64,000 bases of DNA from an uncultured Acidobacteriota bacterium (GTDB lineage Bacteria; Acidobacteriota; Polarisedimenticolia; Polarisedimenticolales; Polarisedimenticolaceae), in assembly GCA_964654385.1 (NCBI GenBank), contig CAZZIV010000001.1, positions 935-64,934 on the forward strand, written 5' to 3'. The position numbers and the translations under genes are program-made. Below are positions 45,359 through 57,563 of this stretch, piece by piece. The notes beneath the pieces are model-generated. The model was not told the DNA's origin. It ran no database searches and saw only the letters and a list, made by a program, of their open reading frames with translations. Every line of letters begins with the position of its first letter. The stretch's first letter is position 1.

Positions 45359-48300
45359 TCAACGGCCGCCGTGCCTTGGGGCGGCCCGGTAGCGGACCTT
45401 CCCGGGGCCGAGAATCCGGTCGACGGCGTCGGTGAACTCCTGGCAAGGACGAACGTTCATAGCGTTTTCCGCTTTGGCCACCAACCGATACCGGCCCGGC
45501 CTCGCCACCTCCAGGAACAGCTGGGCATCGCCCTTGAAAGAAGAGCAGGCCTTGCGAAGCCGCTCCACCTGCTCACGGTCCAGGGAGGCTGTATCCAGGC
45601 TCACCTGAACCGCGCCCGCTTTCTTATCCCGGAGGTCCGCGAGGGGGCAGATGTCGTCGGCCAGGATCTTGATCCGGCTATCTTCTTCGGCCGCCAGGCG
45701 ACCGGTCACCAGGAAAGGCTTGTCGTTTTCCAGGAGTTCGTTGCATGTCCGGTAAGTTTTGGGGAAGATCACGGTCTCGACCCGTCCTTCCACATCCTCC
45801 AGCTGGAAGGTGGCGAACCAGGCTCCCTTCCTGGATTTCCTTCTGCCCAGACCGGTGATCAGGCCGCAGACCGCCACCTCCGATCCCGGCGCCGCCCCGG
45901 CCAGGGCTCCGGTGGTGTGGGAGGCGAAATCGCGGATCAGGCGGGAATGGGATTCCAGGGGATGCCCGGAAATGTAGAACCCGAGGCTTTCCTTCTCATG
46001 GCGCAGCAGAATTCTCTCGTCCCATTCCGGAACGTCGGGCAGGGAGTCGGCCCTGGGCGCTTCCCCGTTCCTCCTGTCGCCTCCATCGAACAGGTTACCC
46101 TGCCCCGCACGCCTGTCGGCGCGCCGTTTCTGTCCGTATTCCAGGGCGGCGTCCAGGGCCGCAGCCAGTTGGGCCCGCCTGGCACCCAGCGAATCCAGCG
46201 CGCCGGAGAATATCAGAGCCTCTGCGACCCGTTTATTCATTTGCCTGGTTTCGACCGCCCCGCACAGTTCATGGAAAGTGTGAAACCGCCCCAGCTTTTC
46301 ACGGGCTGCCAGGATTTCCTGGATCACGCCTTCGCCCGCTCCCTTGATCGCCGACAGGCCGAACCGGATATTCTCCCCTTCCACGGCAAAATCGAGACCG
46401 GACCGGTTGACGTCCGGCGGGAGAACCTGGATCCCCATCTCGCGGGCCCTGCCGATATACTGCACCAGCTTGTCGGTGTTCCCCTTGTCGTTGGTCAGGA
46501 CCGCCGCCATGAAATGAACCGGGTAGTGCGCTTTCAACCAGGCCGTCTGGTAGGCGACCAGGGCGTAGGCGGCCGAGTGGGATTTGTTGAATCCGTACCC
46601 GGCGAAGTATGCCATGAGTTCGAACACCGTCTTGGCGTCCCCGGCGGAGATCCCTTTCTTCTCCGCCCCGGCGATGAATTTCTTCGCCTCCGCCTCCATC
46701 ACTTCTTTCTTTTTCTTCCCCATCGCCCTGCGGAGAATATCGGCCTCTCCCAGGGAATAGCCGGCCATCCTGGAGGCGATCTGCATGACCTGTTCCTGAT
46801 AGACGATGACGCCGTATGTCTCCTTTAAAATCTCCTCGGTCCACGGATGGGGGTATTCCACCCGGATCTTTCCGTGACGACGTTTGATGAAGTCGTCGAT
46901 CAGCCCGCCTCCGATCGGGCCCGGGCGGAACAGGGCGTTCAAGGCGACCAGGTCCTCGAACCGTTCCGGACGGAGCCGCCGGAGGATATCCTTCATCCCG
47001 TCCGATTCGAACTGGAACACCCCGTCGGTCATCGCCCTGGAAAATAGTTCATAGACTTTCGGGTCATCCAGGGGGATCGATTCCAGATCGGGCCGCCGAC
47101 CGGTATCCCGGGCGATGGAGGCGAGCGCGTCGTCGATCAAGGTCAGGGTTTTCAGTCCCAGAAAATCCATTTTCAGGAGACCGATCTCCTCCACTTCATC
47201 CTTCGCCCACTGGGTGGTGACTTCGTCGTTTTCCTTGGTTCCACGGTAGAGTGGAGCGAACTCCTGGATCGGCTCCGGGGCGATCACCACGCCGGCCGCA
47301 TGGGTGGAGGCATGGCGACAAAGTCCTTCCAGGCGCTTTCCCACGTCCAGTAACTGCCGTACCTGAGGGTCGTTTTCATAACGGTTCTTCAGTTCGGGGA
47401 CTTCCCGGAGCGCGCTCTCCAGGGTGACCTCTTTTCCCGGCTGGTTGGGAATCAACTTGGCGATCTTGTCCACGTCCCCGTAGGAGATTTCCATCACCCT
47501 TCCCACGTCCCGGACCACCGCCCGGGCCGCCATGCTTCCGAAGGTGATGATCTGCGCCACGTTCGGCCGGCCGTACTTCCCGGTCACGTAGTCGATAACC
47601 TGTTCCCGCTTCCGGAAACAGAAATCGATATCCACGTCAGGCATGCTGACCCTCTCCGGGTTCAAGAACCGTTCGAAAAGCAGGTTGTACTGCATCGGGT
47701 CGATATCGGTGATGCGCATGCAATAGGCGACCAGCGAGCCTGCCGCGGATCCTCTCCCCGGCCCGACCGGGATGTCATGATCCCTGGCGTAGCGGATGAA
47801 GTCCCAGGTGATCAGGAAGTACCCGGAAAATCCCATTTCCCGGATCACTTTCAGTTCCCGATCCAGGCGCTTGCGGTAATCCTCCAGGGGATGTTCGAGA
47901 CGACCGGCCTCCTCTTCCGCTTTCCAGCGTTTCATCCGGAACTCGAATCCGTTCCGGGCGATCTTTTCGAAATACCCGTCCAGGTCATACCCGTCCGGCA
48001 CCGGGAATTCCGGAAGATGGTTCGGCTGATCTTCGAAGGTAAAATCACAGAGTTCGGCGATGGCCAGGCTGTTTTCCACCGCGTCCGGGCGCCAACGGAA
48101 CCGTTCCTTCATCTCGGCGCCGGTCTTCAGGTAATGCTCCGTGGTGTAGGTCATCCGGCCCCGGTTCTGGATCGTTTTCCCGGTATGGATACAGACCAGG
48201 ATTTCATGGGCGGTATGGTCGTCCGGAAGAAGGTAGTGGCAGTCGTTGGTGGCCACCAGCCCGATTCCAAGGTCTTCCGCCAGCTTGACGGAGCCGTCGT

Positions 48301-48874
48301 TCACCAGCTTCTGTTCGTCGATACCGTGATCCTGGATCTCCAGCCAGTACCGTTCCGGGCCGAACAGGTCCCGGTACCAGGCGGCGTGACGAACCGCGTC
48401 GTCGTATCGATCCCTGCGGAGAGCGGTCGGCACTTCGCCGGCCAGGCAGCCGGAAAGGCAGATCAACCCTTCATGATGCTGCTCCAGAAGTTCCCGGTCG
48501 ATCCTTGGTCGGTGATAGAACCCTTCCAGGTAACCGGCGGAGGCGAGCTTGATCAGGTTCTTGTAACCGGAATAATTCCGGGCCAGCAGGACCAGGTGGT
48601 GATAATTCTTGCGTCCCGGCCGGGCCTTCTTGTCGAAGCGGGATTCCGGCGCGACGTACGCCTCGATCCCGATAATCGGCTTCACGCCGTGGCGGGCCGC
48701 AGCCTTCCCGAAAGCCATGGCGCCGAACAGGTTGCCGTGGTCGGTGATCGCCAGAGCGGCCTGGCCGTCCTCCGCGGCCCGCGCACACATCTCGTCCAGT
48801 CTCTGGGCGCCGTCCAGGAGGGAATAGGTGGTGTGGTTGTGCAGATGGGCGAATCCGGCGGGAGGGCTGGGCAT
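45359..48874 (-). CDS. dnaE: DNA polymerase III alpha subunit
   Basis: About 1171 aa from the ATG at 48874. PHP domain (FAHLHNHTTYSLLDGA), polymerase core (GPGRGSAAGSLVAYC, PDVDIDF) and an OB-fold C-terminus. Confidence 0.97.
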   Translation of the reverse strand: MPSPPAGFAHLHNHTTYSLLDGAQRLDEMCARAAEDGQAALAITDHGNLFGAMAFGKAAARHGVKPIIGIEAYVAPESRFDKKARPGRKNYHHLVLLARNYSGYKNLIKLASAGYLEGFYHRPRIDRELLEQHHEGLICLSGCLAGEVPTALRRDRYDDAVRHAAWYRDLFGPERYWLEIQDHGIDEQKLVNDGSVKLAEDLGIGLVATNDCHYLLPDDHTAHEILVCIHTGKTIQNRGRMTYTTEHYLKTGAEMKERFRWRPDAVENSLAIAELCDFTFEDQPNHLPEFPVPDGYDLDGYFEKIARNGFEFRMKRWKAEEEAGRLEHPLEDYRKRLDRELKVIREMGFSGYFLITWDFIRYARDHDIPVGPGRGSAAGSLVAYCMRITDIDPMQYNLLFERFLNPERVSMPDVDIDFCFRKREQVIDYVTGKYGRPNVAQIITFGSMAARAVVRDVGRVMEISYGDVDKIAKLIPNQPGKEVTLESALREVPELKNRYENDPQVRQLLDVGKRLEGLCRHASTHAAGVVIAPEPIQEFAPLYRGTKENDEVTTQWAKDEVEEIGLLKMDFLGLKTLTLIDDALASIARDTGRRPDLESIPLDDPKVYELFSRAMTDGVFQFESDGMKDILRRLRPERFEDLVALNALFRPGPIGGGLIDDFIKRRHGKIRVEYPHPWTEEILKETYGVIVYQEQVMQIASRMAGYSLGEADILRRAMGKKKKEVMEAEAKKFIAGAEKKGISAGDAKTVFELMAYFAGYGFNKSHSAAYALVAYQTAWLKAHYPVHFMAAVLTNDKGNTDKLVQYIGRAREMGIQVLPPDVNRSGLDFAVEGENIRFGLSAIKGAGEGVIQEILAAREKLGRFHTFHELCGAVETRQMNKRVAEALIFSGALDSLGARRAQLAAALDAALEYGQKRRADRRAGQGNLFDGGDRRNGEAPRADSLPDVPEWDERILLRHEKESLGFYISGHPLESHSRLIRDFASHTTGALAGAAPGSEVAVCGLITGLGRRKSRKGAWFATFQLEDVEGRVETVIFPKTYRTCNELLENDKPFLVTGRLAAEEDSRIKILADDICPLADLRDKKAGAVQVSLDTASLDREQVERLRKACSSFKGDAQLFLEVARPGRYRLVAKAENAMNVRPCQEFTDAVDRILGPGKVRYRAAPRHGGR

Positions 48875-48973
48875 CGATGATCTCTCCCTGGAAAATTTCG
48901 AGTGTAACCTCGATTCGGCGAGAATGCACGGGGGAATTTCCGGCATCCAGTGCCGCTGGAAGGGACCGTCGTA

Positions 48974-50056
48974 TCAGTCTTCCCGCGACCCGGCACCTGT
49001 GGGATCGAAGAACCCTTCCGCCCGGTGCAGGACCCGTTGCGGGTAAGGGATTTCGATCCCTTCCTGCCGGAACCTTTGAAGGGTGAGGCTGTGGAGGGCA
49101 TCGAGGCAGATCCCGCGCTCCACCGGATGGGCGACCCAACAGAGAAGGCGGAAGTCCAGGGAGGATTCGCCGAAACGGGTGAACCGAACCCTGGGAGCCG
49201 GTTCGTCCACGACCGATTCCACGTCCCGTGCCACCTGGCGCAGCACTTCCCGCACCTTCTCCACGTCGGATTCGTAGGAGACTCCCACCCACAGCGTCAC
49301 ACGAAACCTGGGAGAGGGGCCGCCCGATTCGTTCACGATCCTGGAGTTCGCGATCACGGCGTTCGGGATGGTCACTTCCACATCGTCCCGGGTCAGGATC
49401 CGAGTGGATCGCAGCCCGATCCGGGTCACCGATCCGCGGCTGCCGTCTTCCAGGACGATGAAATCGCCGATTTTATACGGCGCATCGGCAAGGATGAACA
49501 GTCCGGCGAAAAGGTTGGCCAGGGTATCCTTGGCGGCGAAACCGATGGCGATCCCGGCGATTCCCGCGGAGGCGAGCCAAGGAGTGGCGTCCACCGACCA
49601 GGCCGAGAGCAACAGGTAGATTCCGCCCCCGATCAGGAGAACCTTCAGCAGATTTTCAAAAAGAGGAAGGCTGCCGGTATCGAGCCAGCGAAAATGGCCC
49701 CGGCTGGCGCTGCCGTACCGGAGGGACAAGCGGGCCACTTTCCCCGCCGCGGCCAGGGCGATAAGGAACGCGAGGGTCTCTACCACCGACATGGACCAGC
49801 CGTGCCAGGGTTGGGGAAAGGAAAAAGTGCGTACGGCCAGGCCGACTCCAATCAGCCAGACCAGGTAGAACAGCGGCGCTCGGAGAATCTCCGCAACCTG
49901 GTCGTCCAGGTCGCTTTCGGTTCTTCGAACCAGGCGGAACACCACCCGCAAGAAAAGAAAACGGGTCAGAAGGGCGGCGACCCCGCCTCCCAGAATGAAG
50001 AGGCCGGCCCGAATCCACGGAACCGTGAGGTACGGATCGAGAATCGACGAATCCAT
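48974..50056 (-). CDS. Mechanosensitive ion channel, MscS family
   Basis: 360-aa ORF with N-terminal TM helices, the MscS pore helix/beta domain (LLSAWSVDATPWLASAGIAGIAIGFAAKDTLANLFAG, PYKIGDFIVL) and a C-terminal alpha/beta domain. Confidence 0.9.
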   Translation of the reverse strand: MDSSILDPYLTVPWIRAGLFILGGGVAALLTRFLFLRVVFRLVRRTESDLDDQVAEILRAPLFYLVWLIGVGLAVRTFSFPQPWHGWSMSVVETLAFLIALAAAGKVARLSLRYGSASRGHFRWLDTGSLPLFENLLKVLLIGGGIYLLLSAWSVDATPWLASAGIAGIAIGFAAKDTLANLFAGLFILADAPYKIGDFIVLEDGSRGSVTRIGLRSTRILTRDDVEVTIPNAVIANSRIVNESGGPSPRFRVTLWVGVSYESDVEKVREVLRQVARDVESVVDEPAPRVRFTRFGESSLDFRLLCWVAHPVERGICLDALHSLTLQRFRQEGIEIPYPQRVLHRAEGFFDPTGAGSRED

Positions 50057-50071
50057 GGTCCCGGTCCCTCC

Positions 50072-51616
50072 TTATTCCCACTCGATGGTGCCGGGCGGCT
50101 TGCTGGTGATGTCATACACCACCCGGTTGATCCCTCTCACCTCGTTGACGATCCTGCCGGATACCCGGCCCAGGAACGAGTCGGGAAGCCGAGCCCAATC
50201 GGCGGTCATGAAATCGGTCGTGGTCACCGCCCGGATCGCGGCAACGCTCTCGTAGGTGCGCCGATCTCCCATCACGCCGACGGTTTTCACCGGGAGCAGG
50301 ACCACGAATGCTTGAGAAGTCTGCTCGTACAGGCCGGCGGCCCGGAGTTCCGAGAGAAAGATCGCGTCCGCCTCCTGGAGAATCGAAACCCTCTCGGCCG
50401 TCACCTCTCCCAGGATTCGGACCGCCAGTCCCGGCCCAGGGAAAGGGTGCCGTTTCACGAACCCGGTTTCCAGTCCGAGCTCTTCGCCGACACGCCGGAC
50501 TTCATCCTTGAACAGGTCCCGAAGAGGCTCCACGAGTTTCAGGCTCATCTTCTCCGGAAGCCCTCCCACGTTGTGGTGGGTCTTGATGGTTGCCGACGGG
50601 CCGTTCACCGAGGCGGATTCGATCCTATCCGGGTAGATGGTGCCCTGGGCGAGGAATCGGACGTTTCCGATTTTTTCGGCCTCTTCCTGGAAAATATCGA
50701 CGAAGGTGTTGCCGATGATCTTTCGCTTCCGTTCCGGCTCTTCCACTCCCAGGAGCCTGGACAGAAAACGATCGGACGCCGCGGCCAGGCGAACGTCCAG
50801 GTGGTAGCCCTCACGGAAGCGGTGCACCACTTCCTGAACCTCGTTCTTTCGAAGGAGCCCGTTGTCCACGAAAATGCAGGTGAGAGCGTCCCCCAACGCC
50901 CTGTGGAGGAGAAGGGCCATGACCGAGGAATCGACGCCGCCGGACAGGCCGCAAACCACGTGGGCGTCACCCACCTGTTCCTGTATCTCCGCGACCGCCT
51001 GCTCCACGAAAGAAGCAAGGGACCAGTCCCCTGCGGCGGCGCACACATCGAATAGATAGTTTCGCAGTAGGGCGGTTCCGTGTTCTGTGTGGTGGACCTC
51101 CGGATGAAACTGGAGACCGTACAAGCCCCGCTGCCGATGCTCCACCGCCGTGTATGGAGCCCCATCGCTGGAAGCGGTGCGCAGGAATCCGGGCGCCGGC
51201 CGCAGGACCCGGTCACCATGGCTCGCCCAGACCTTCTGACGGGCGGGGAGCGACGAGAACAGAACCGACTCTTCCCTGGTCCTTTCCGCGATCGCCGGCC
51301 CGTACTCCCCTTCTCCAGGCTCCACCCGTCCCCCTAACCGGTGCATCATGATCTGCATCCCGTAGCAGATCCCCAGGACCGGGATTCCCGTTTCGAACAG
51401 CCCCGGATCCGGATCCGGCGCGTCTTCCCCATAGACCGATTCCGGTCCTCCGGAGAGGATCAGGCCGATCGGGTTCCTGGCGCGGATCCTCTCCAGGGGA
51501 ACGTCGAACCGAACCACTTCGCTGAATACGTTCAGCTCCCGTGTGCGCCGCGCGATCAGCTGGGTGTACTGGGACCCAAAATCCAGGATGAGGACCGTCT
51601 GGTGCTTCTGTATCAT
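50072..51616 (-). CDS. guaA: GMP synthase (glutamine-hydrolysing)
   Basis: 514-aa ORF with a GATase domain (GICYGMQ), the ATP-PPase loop SGGVDSS and the C-terminus PPGTIEWE. Confidence 0.98.
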   Translation of the reverse strand: MIQKHQTVLILDFGSQYTQLIARRTRELNVFSEVVRFDVPLERIRARNPIGLILSGGPESVYGEDAPDPDPGLFETGIPVLGICYGMQIMMHRLGGRVEPGEGEYGPAIAERTREESVLFSSLPARQKVWASHGDRVLRPAPGFLRTASSDGAPYTAVEHRQRGLYGLQFHPEVHHTEHGTALLRNYLFDVCAAAGDWSLASFVEQAVAEIQEQVGDAHVVCGLSGGVDSSVMALLLHRALGDALTCIFVDNGLLRKNEVQEVVHRFREGYHLDVRLAAASDRFLSRLLGVEEPERKRKIIGNTFVDIFQEEAEKIGNVRFLAQGTIYPDRIESASVNGPSATIKTHHNVGGLPEKMSLKLVEPLRDLFKDEVRRVGEELGLETGFVKRHPFPGPGLAVRILGEVTAERVSILQEADAIFLSELRAAGLYEQTSQAFVVLLPVKTVGVMGDRRTYESVAAIRAVTTTDFMTADWARLPDSFLGRVSGRIVNEVRGINRVVYDITSKPPGTIEWE

Positions 51617-52692
51617 GCGGTTTTACTCTCCGCGCCGCCGGCGAGGATCCGGTGCAGAACATTTTCCAGAATCAGGCACGGGTCGACGGAACTGCTCTTG
51701 AGAGCCCGATCCGCCTGGATCAACTCTCCCGGTATCGCCAACAGCTCGCCGAACGAGTAACGGTTCAGCCCCTGAAAAAGGCTGTCCTTTATGTACCAAC
51801 TCCGTGTCGCGGTTACGATCTCCCGCCGGCTGCGTCCGTTCTCCAGCATCGCCCGAGCCTGGATCATGGTCCTGGCTCGATAGGCGATTCCGCCGAGCAG
51901 TTGCACCGCGTTTCCCCCGGACCGAAGAAGTTTCCGTGTGGCGAGAATCGCTGCCGGTTCGTCGCGATTAAGAAGAGCGTTGGCCACCTCCCAGCTGTCC
52001 AGGATTTCCGTACCGGTGAGCACCTGCCGGGCGTCCTCCAGCCGGACCGTCTGGGGGCCGTCGCCTCCGTAATAGTCGCGGATCTTATCCAGCTCCCGGA
52101 TCACCTGGTAAAGGTTCCCCTCGCTGGTCTGCGTGAGGAAAAGCCCGACCTCTTGTGGAAGGGTGAGTTTCCGCTCCGCGGCCTTTTTCTTCACGTCCGC
52201 CCTGAACCGGGATTCGTCGGCCCGGGAAGGCGCCGAGCACTCGATGCAGTGGGCCGCCGTCGCCAAAGCCTTGTGCAGTTTCCGGCGCTTGTCCAGGTCC
52301 GGCGCCCGGATGATCAGGTAGCTTCCAGCAGGAGGGTTCGCAGCGTATTCGACCAGCGGATCCGCTTTCCCCTCCAAGGCCGACAGTTCCCGGACCAGGA
52401 TGACCCGCTGAGCCGCGAACATGCCGACCGACCGTGCGGCCACCACCAGCGTGGCCGGTTCGACCTTTTCTTCGCCGAAAACCGAGAGAGCAAAATCGCT
52501 GGTTTCCTCGGGAAGCAGACCTTCCAGGAGTGCCTCCTGGACGGCGTCCAGGTGATACAGGTCCTTTCCCGTCAATAGGGTGACGCCGCACGGCCAGCCG
52601 GCTTCGAGGCGGGTGCGCACCTTCTCCAGTACGGTGCCTCCGTACCCTTTGGCCAGAAATTTTCCTTTCTTCGATCGCTTGCCCGCCGCCAA
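51613..52692 (-). CDS. holA: DNA polymerase III delta subunit
   Basis: 359-aa ORF (TTG start as listed; ATGA overlap with the guaA start). HolA-like N-terminus (LLTGKDLYHLD). Conserved leuS-lptE-holA synteny. Confidence 0.8.
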   Translation of the reverse strand: MAAGKRSKKGKFLAKGYGGTVLEKVRTRLEAGWPCGVTLLTGKDLYHLDAVQEALLEGLLPEETSDFALSVFGEEKVEPATLVVAARSVGMFAAQRVILVRELSALEGKADPLVEYAANPPAGSYLIIRAPDLDKRRKLHKALATAAHCIECSAPSRADESRFRADVKKKAAERKLTLPQEVGLFLTQTSEGNLYQVIRELDKIRDYYGGDGPQTVRLEDARQVLTGTEILDSWEVANALLNRDEPAAILATRKLLRSGGNAVQLLGGIAYRARTMIQARAMLENGRSRREIVTATRSWYIKDSLFQGLNRYSFGELLAIPGELIQADRALKSSSVDPCLILENVLHRILAGGAESKTA

Positions 52693-52693
52693 A

Positions 52694-53232
52694 TCAGAAC
52701 CCTTCCAGGATCGAAGTCACCAGGGCGCCGGCCGCACCCTGGGCAATATCATCCAGGGCCAGGGTCTCTTCGTCGAAGAACTCTCCGGCTTCCTGGATAT
52801 CGTATTGCTCGCGGAAGATCAGCCGGGACTGGTTCCAGAGAATATCGTCGGTGCGGGTTTCACGAAGAGTCGCCTGGATACTGACCACCGTCTCGACCCG
52901 GGTGGCGCGCCCGGCGGAGCTGAACTGGATCGGCCGGGTTCGCCAGCTCTGGATCGCGCCGTCCAGGACCACGTCCGCCGATTTCGGGTCGGAAACGATC
53001 CGGTATCGGCCACGCTGGGAAAACTCCCGGGCGACTTCCTCGGTGACCCGCTGCTCGATCTCCGGGCGGGTCGTCCGGTTTTCGAATGAATTGATCGCCA
53101 CCGTCTTCACATATTTAGGAAGTACCGAGCCGCGGCCGACCAGGGCGTATCCGCAGCCGGAGAGAACCGGAAGTACCAGGAGAAGAAGAACCGGGAGGCC
53201 GACGGCGGCGGAGCGGGATCGGCGGGCCCGAT

Positions 53233-53236
<4 letters not shown>
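52694..53236 (-). CDS. lptE: LPS-assembly lipoprotein LptE
   Basis: 180-aa ORF with a lipobox (LPVLSGCG) and LptE-like sequence (VAINSFENRTTRPEIEQRVTEEV). Canonical position between leuS and holA. Confidence 0.8.
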
Positions 53237-55734
<2,498 letters not shown>

Positions 55735-56184
55735 TCAACCGGCCCGGCCGCCGGACCCCGGCTCCGTGGAGATCCGGCCCTCCTCCATTTTCTTTCGGAT
55801 GGTGTCCAGAACTCCGTTGATGAATTTTCCGGAATCTTCGCTCCCGTATTTTTTTGCCACCTCGATCGCCTCGTCGAGGATCACGGCAGGCGGCGTGTCC
55901 GGGTGGAACAGCATCTCCCAGGCCGCCAACCGTAAGACGTTCCGATCCACCGCCGCCATCCTTTCCAACCGCCAGTGTTCCGCCGCCGCTGCGATCTCCC
56001 TGTCCAGGATCTCCAGCCGGTTCCATGTCCCCGTCACCAGGCTCTCGGCAAACTCCCGAACCTCCGCGGACGGATTCAACCCATCCCAGAAATCCTCGAA
56101 CAACTCCCTGGGATCTCCTCCGGACAGGTCGATCTGGAAGAGAAGTTGCAATGCGTATTCCCGGCCACGCCTGCGCTGCCCCAA
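55735..56184 (-). CDS. nusB: Transcription antitermination factor NusB
   Basis: 149-aa ORF with NusB motifs (RRGREYALQLLFQ, LERMAAVDRNVLRLAAWE). ribH-nusB synteny. Confidence 0.93.
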   Translation of the reverse strand: MGQRRRGREYALQLLFQIDLSGGDPRELFEDFWDGLNPSAEVREFAESLVTGTWNRLEILDREIAAAAEHWRLERMAAVDRNVLRLAAWEMLFHPDTPPAVILDEAIEVAKKYGSEDSGKFINGVLDTIRKKMEEGRISTEPGSGGRAG

Positions 56185-56195
56185 GGTTCGACCCT

Positions 56196-56672
56196 TTACG
56201 CCATTCGACGGTAAAGACTGACCATCTCGATCGCCGAAAGCGCCGTTTCCCAGCCTTTGTTCCCGGCCTTCGCTCCGGCCCGGCTCAAGGCCTGTTCCAA
56301 CGTGTCCGTGGTCAGGATACCGAACAGGATCGGAACACCGGTGCCTACCGAACTCTGGGCCAGGCTGCGGGTTACGCTGCCGGCGATCATGTCGAAGTGG
56401 GGGGTCTCGCCCCGGACGAGGGCGCCTAGGGCGATGACGGCGTCATGCTTTCCGTCGGCGGCCATCTTGTGGGCGACCAGGGCGACTTCCCAGGAACCGG
56501 GGACCCGGACGAGGGTGCGGTCCGAAGGATCCGCTCCGTGCCGGTCCAGGCAGTCGACCGCTCCGGCCAACAGCCGTTCGGCGACGATATCGTTGAACCG
56601 GGGGACGACGATCGCGAACCGCATCCCTTTCGCGTCGAGGGTTCCTTCCAGGATTTCCGAACTTTTTGCCAT
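56196..56672 (-). CDS. ribH: 6,7-dimethyl-8-ribityllumazine synthase
   Basis: 158-aa ORF with motifs FAIVVPRFNDIV, VPGSWEV and ALGALVRGETPHFD. Confidence 0.96.
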   Translation of the reverse strand: MAKSSEILEGTLDAKGMRFAIVVPRFNDIVAERLLAGAVDCLDRHGADPSDRTLVRVPGSWEVALVAHKMAADGKHDAVIALGALVRGETPHFDMIAGSVTRSLAQSSVGTGVPILFGILTTDTLEQALSRAGAKAGNKGWETALSAIEMVSLYRRMA

Positions 56673-56681
56673 AATTTCTCC

Positions 56682-57563
56682 TCAGTCCAGGTTCCGCCGG
56701 TCGGGCAGAATCGCCTTGAGCCGCTCCCGGGCCTCCAGGGTGATGCTGTTCCGCTCGGTGATGATCGCATATTTCAAGGCCTCTCCGCACCGACAGTGTT
56801 CCCGGCCGTCGGGAATCGCCTGAACCGCGCTCCGGAGTACGGAGGCGGCCAGGGCGCTGTTCGCCCCCAGGGTCGCCAGGAGGGCTTCCACGGAGACGTC
56901 CGCTTCCTCCTCGTGCCAGCAGTCATAATCGGTGACCAGGGCCAGGGTGGCGTAACAGATTTCCGCTTCCCGGGCCAGCTTGGCCTCTTGGAGATTCGTC
57001 ATCCCGATCACGTCCACACCCCAAGTCCGGTAAAGCCGGGATTCGGCCCGGGTGGAAAAAGCCGGACCTTCCATGCAGAGATAGGTGCCACCGTCGTGGG
57101 CTTCGGCCCCTTCCGCTTCCGCCCGTTCGTAGAGAATTTTACGAAGCTCCGGGCAGACCGGGTCGGCGAAGGAGACGTGGGCCGCGATACCATTCCCGAA
57201 AAAGGAGGACTCCCGCTTTCGGGTCCGGTCGATGAACTGATCGGGCAGAACCACCTGCCGCGGGTGGATTCCCTCCCGCATGGAGCCGACCGCCGAGGCG
57301 GAGAGAATCCTCTCTACGCCGAGCGCCTTCATGGCGTAGATGTTCGCCCGGTAATTGATATCGGAAGGAAGAAGAGTATGCCCCCGTCCGTGACGAGCCA
57401 GGAAAGCGACGCGCCGTCCGCCGATTTCTCCCAGCCGGATCGAGTCGGAGGGATCGCCGAACGGGGTGGTCGGCCGAAACTCCCTGACCTTTTTCAGGGC
57501 GGTCAGAGCATAGAGGCCGCTCCCTCCCAGGATTCCGATTTCCGCTGTCTCCTCACCTTTCAT
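56682..57563 (-). CDS. mtnP: S-methyl-5'-thioadenosine phosphorylase (PNP/MTAP family)
   Basis: 293-aa ORF with motifs IGILGGSGLY, FLARHGRGH and GMTNLQEAKLAREAEICY. Substrate assignment is inferred from the family. Confidence 0.88.
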   Translation of the reverse strand: MKGEETAEIGILGGSGLYALTALKKVREFRPTTPFGDPSDSIRLGEIGGRRVAFLARHGRGHTLLPSDINYRANIYAMKALGVERILSASAVGSMREGIHPRQVVLPDQFIDRTRKRESSFFGNGIAAHVSFADPVCPELRKILYERAEAEGAEAHDGGTYLCMEGPAFSTRAESRLYRTWGVDVIGMTNLQEAKLAREAEICYATLALVTDYDCWHEEEADVSVEALLATLGANSALAASVLRSAVQAIPDGREHCRCGEALKYAIITERNSITLEARERLKAILPDRRNLD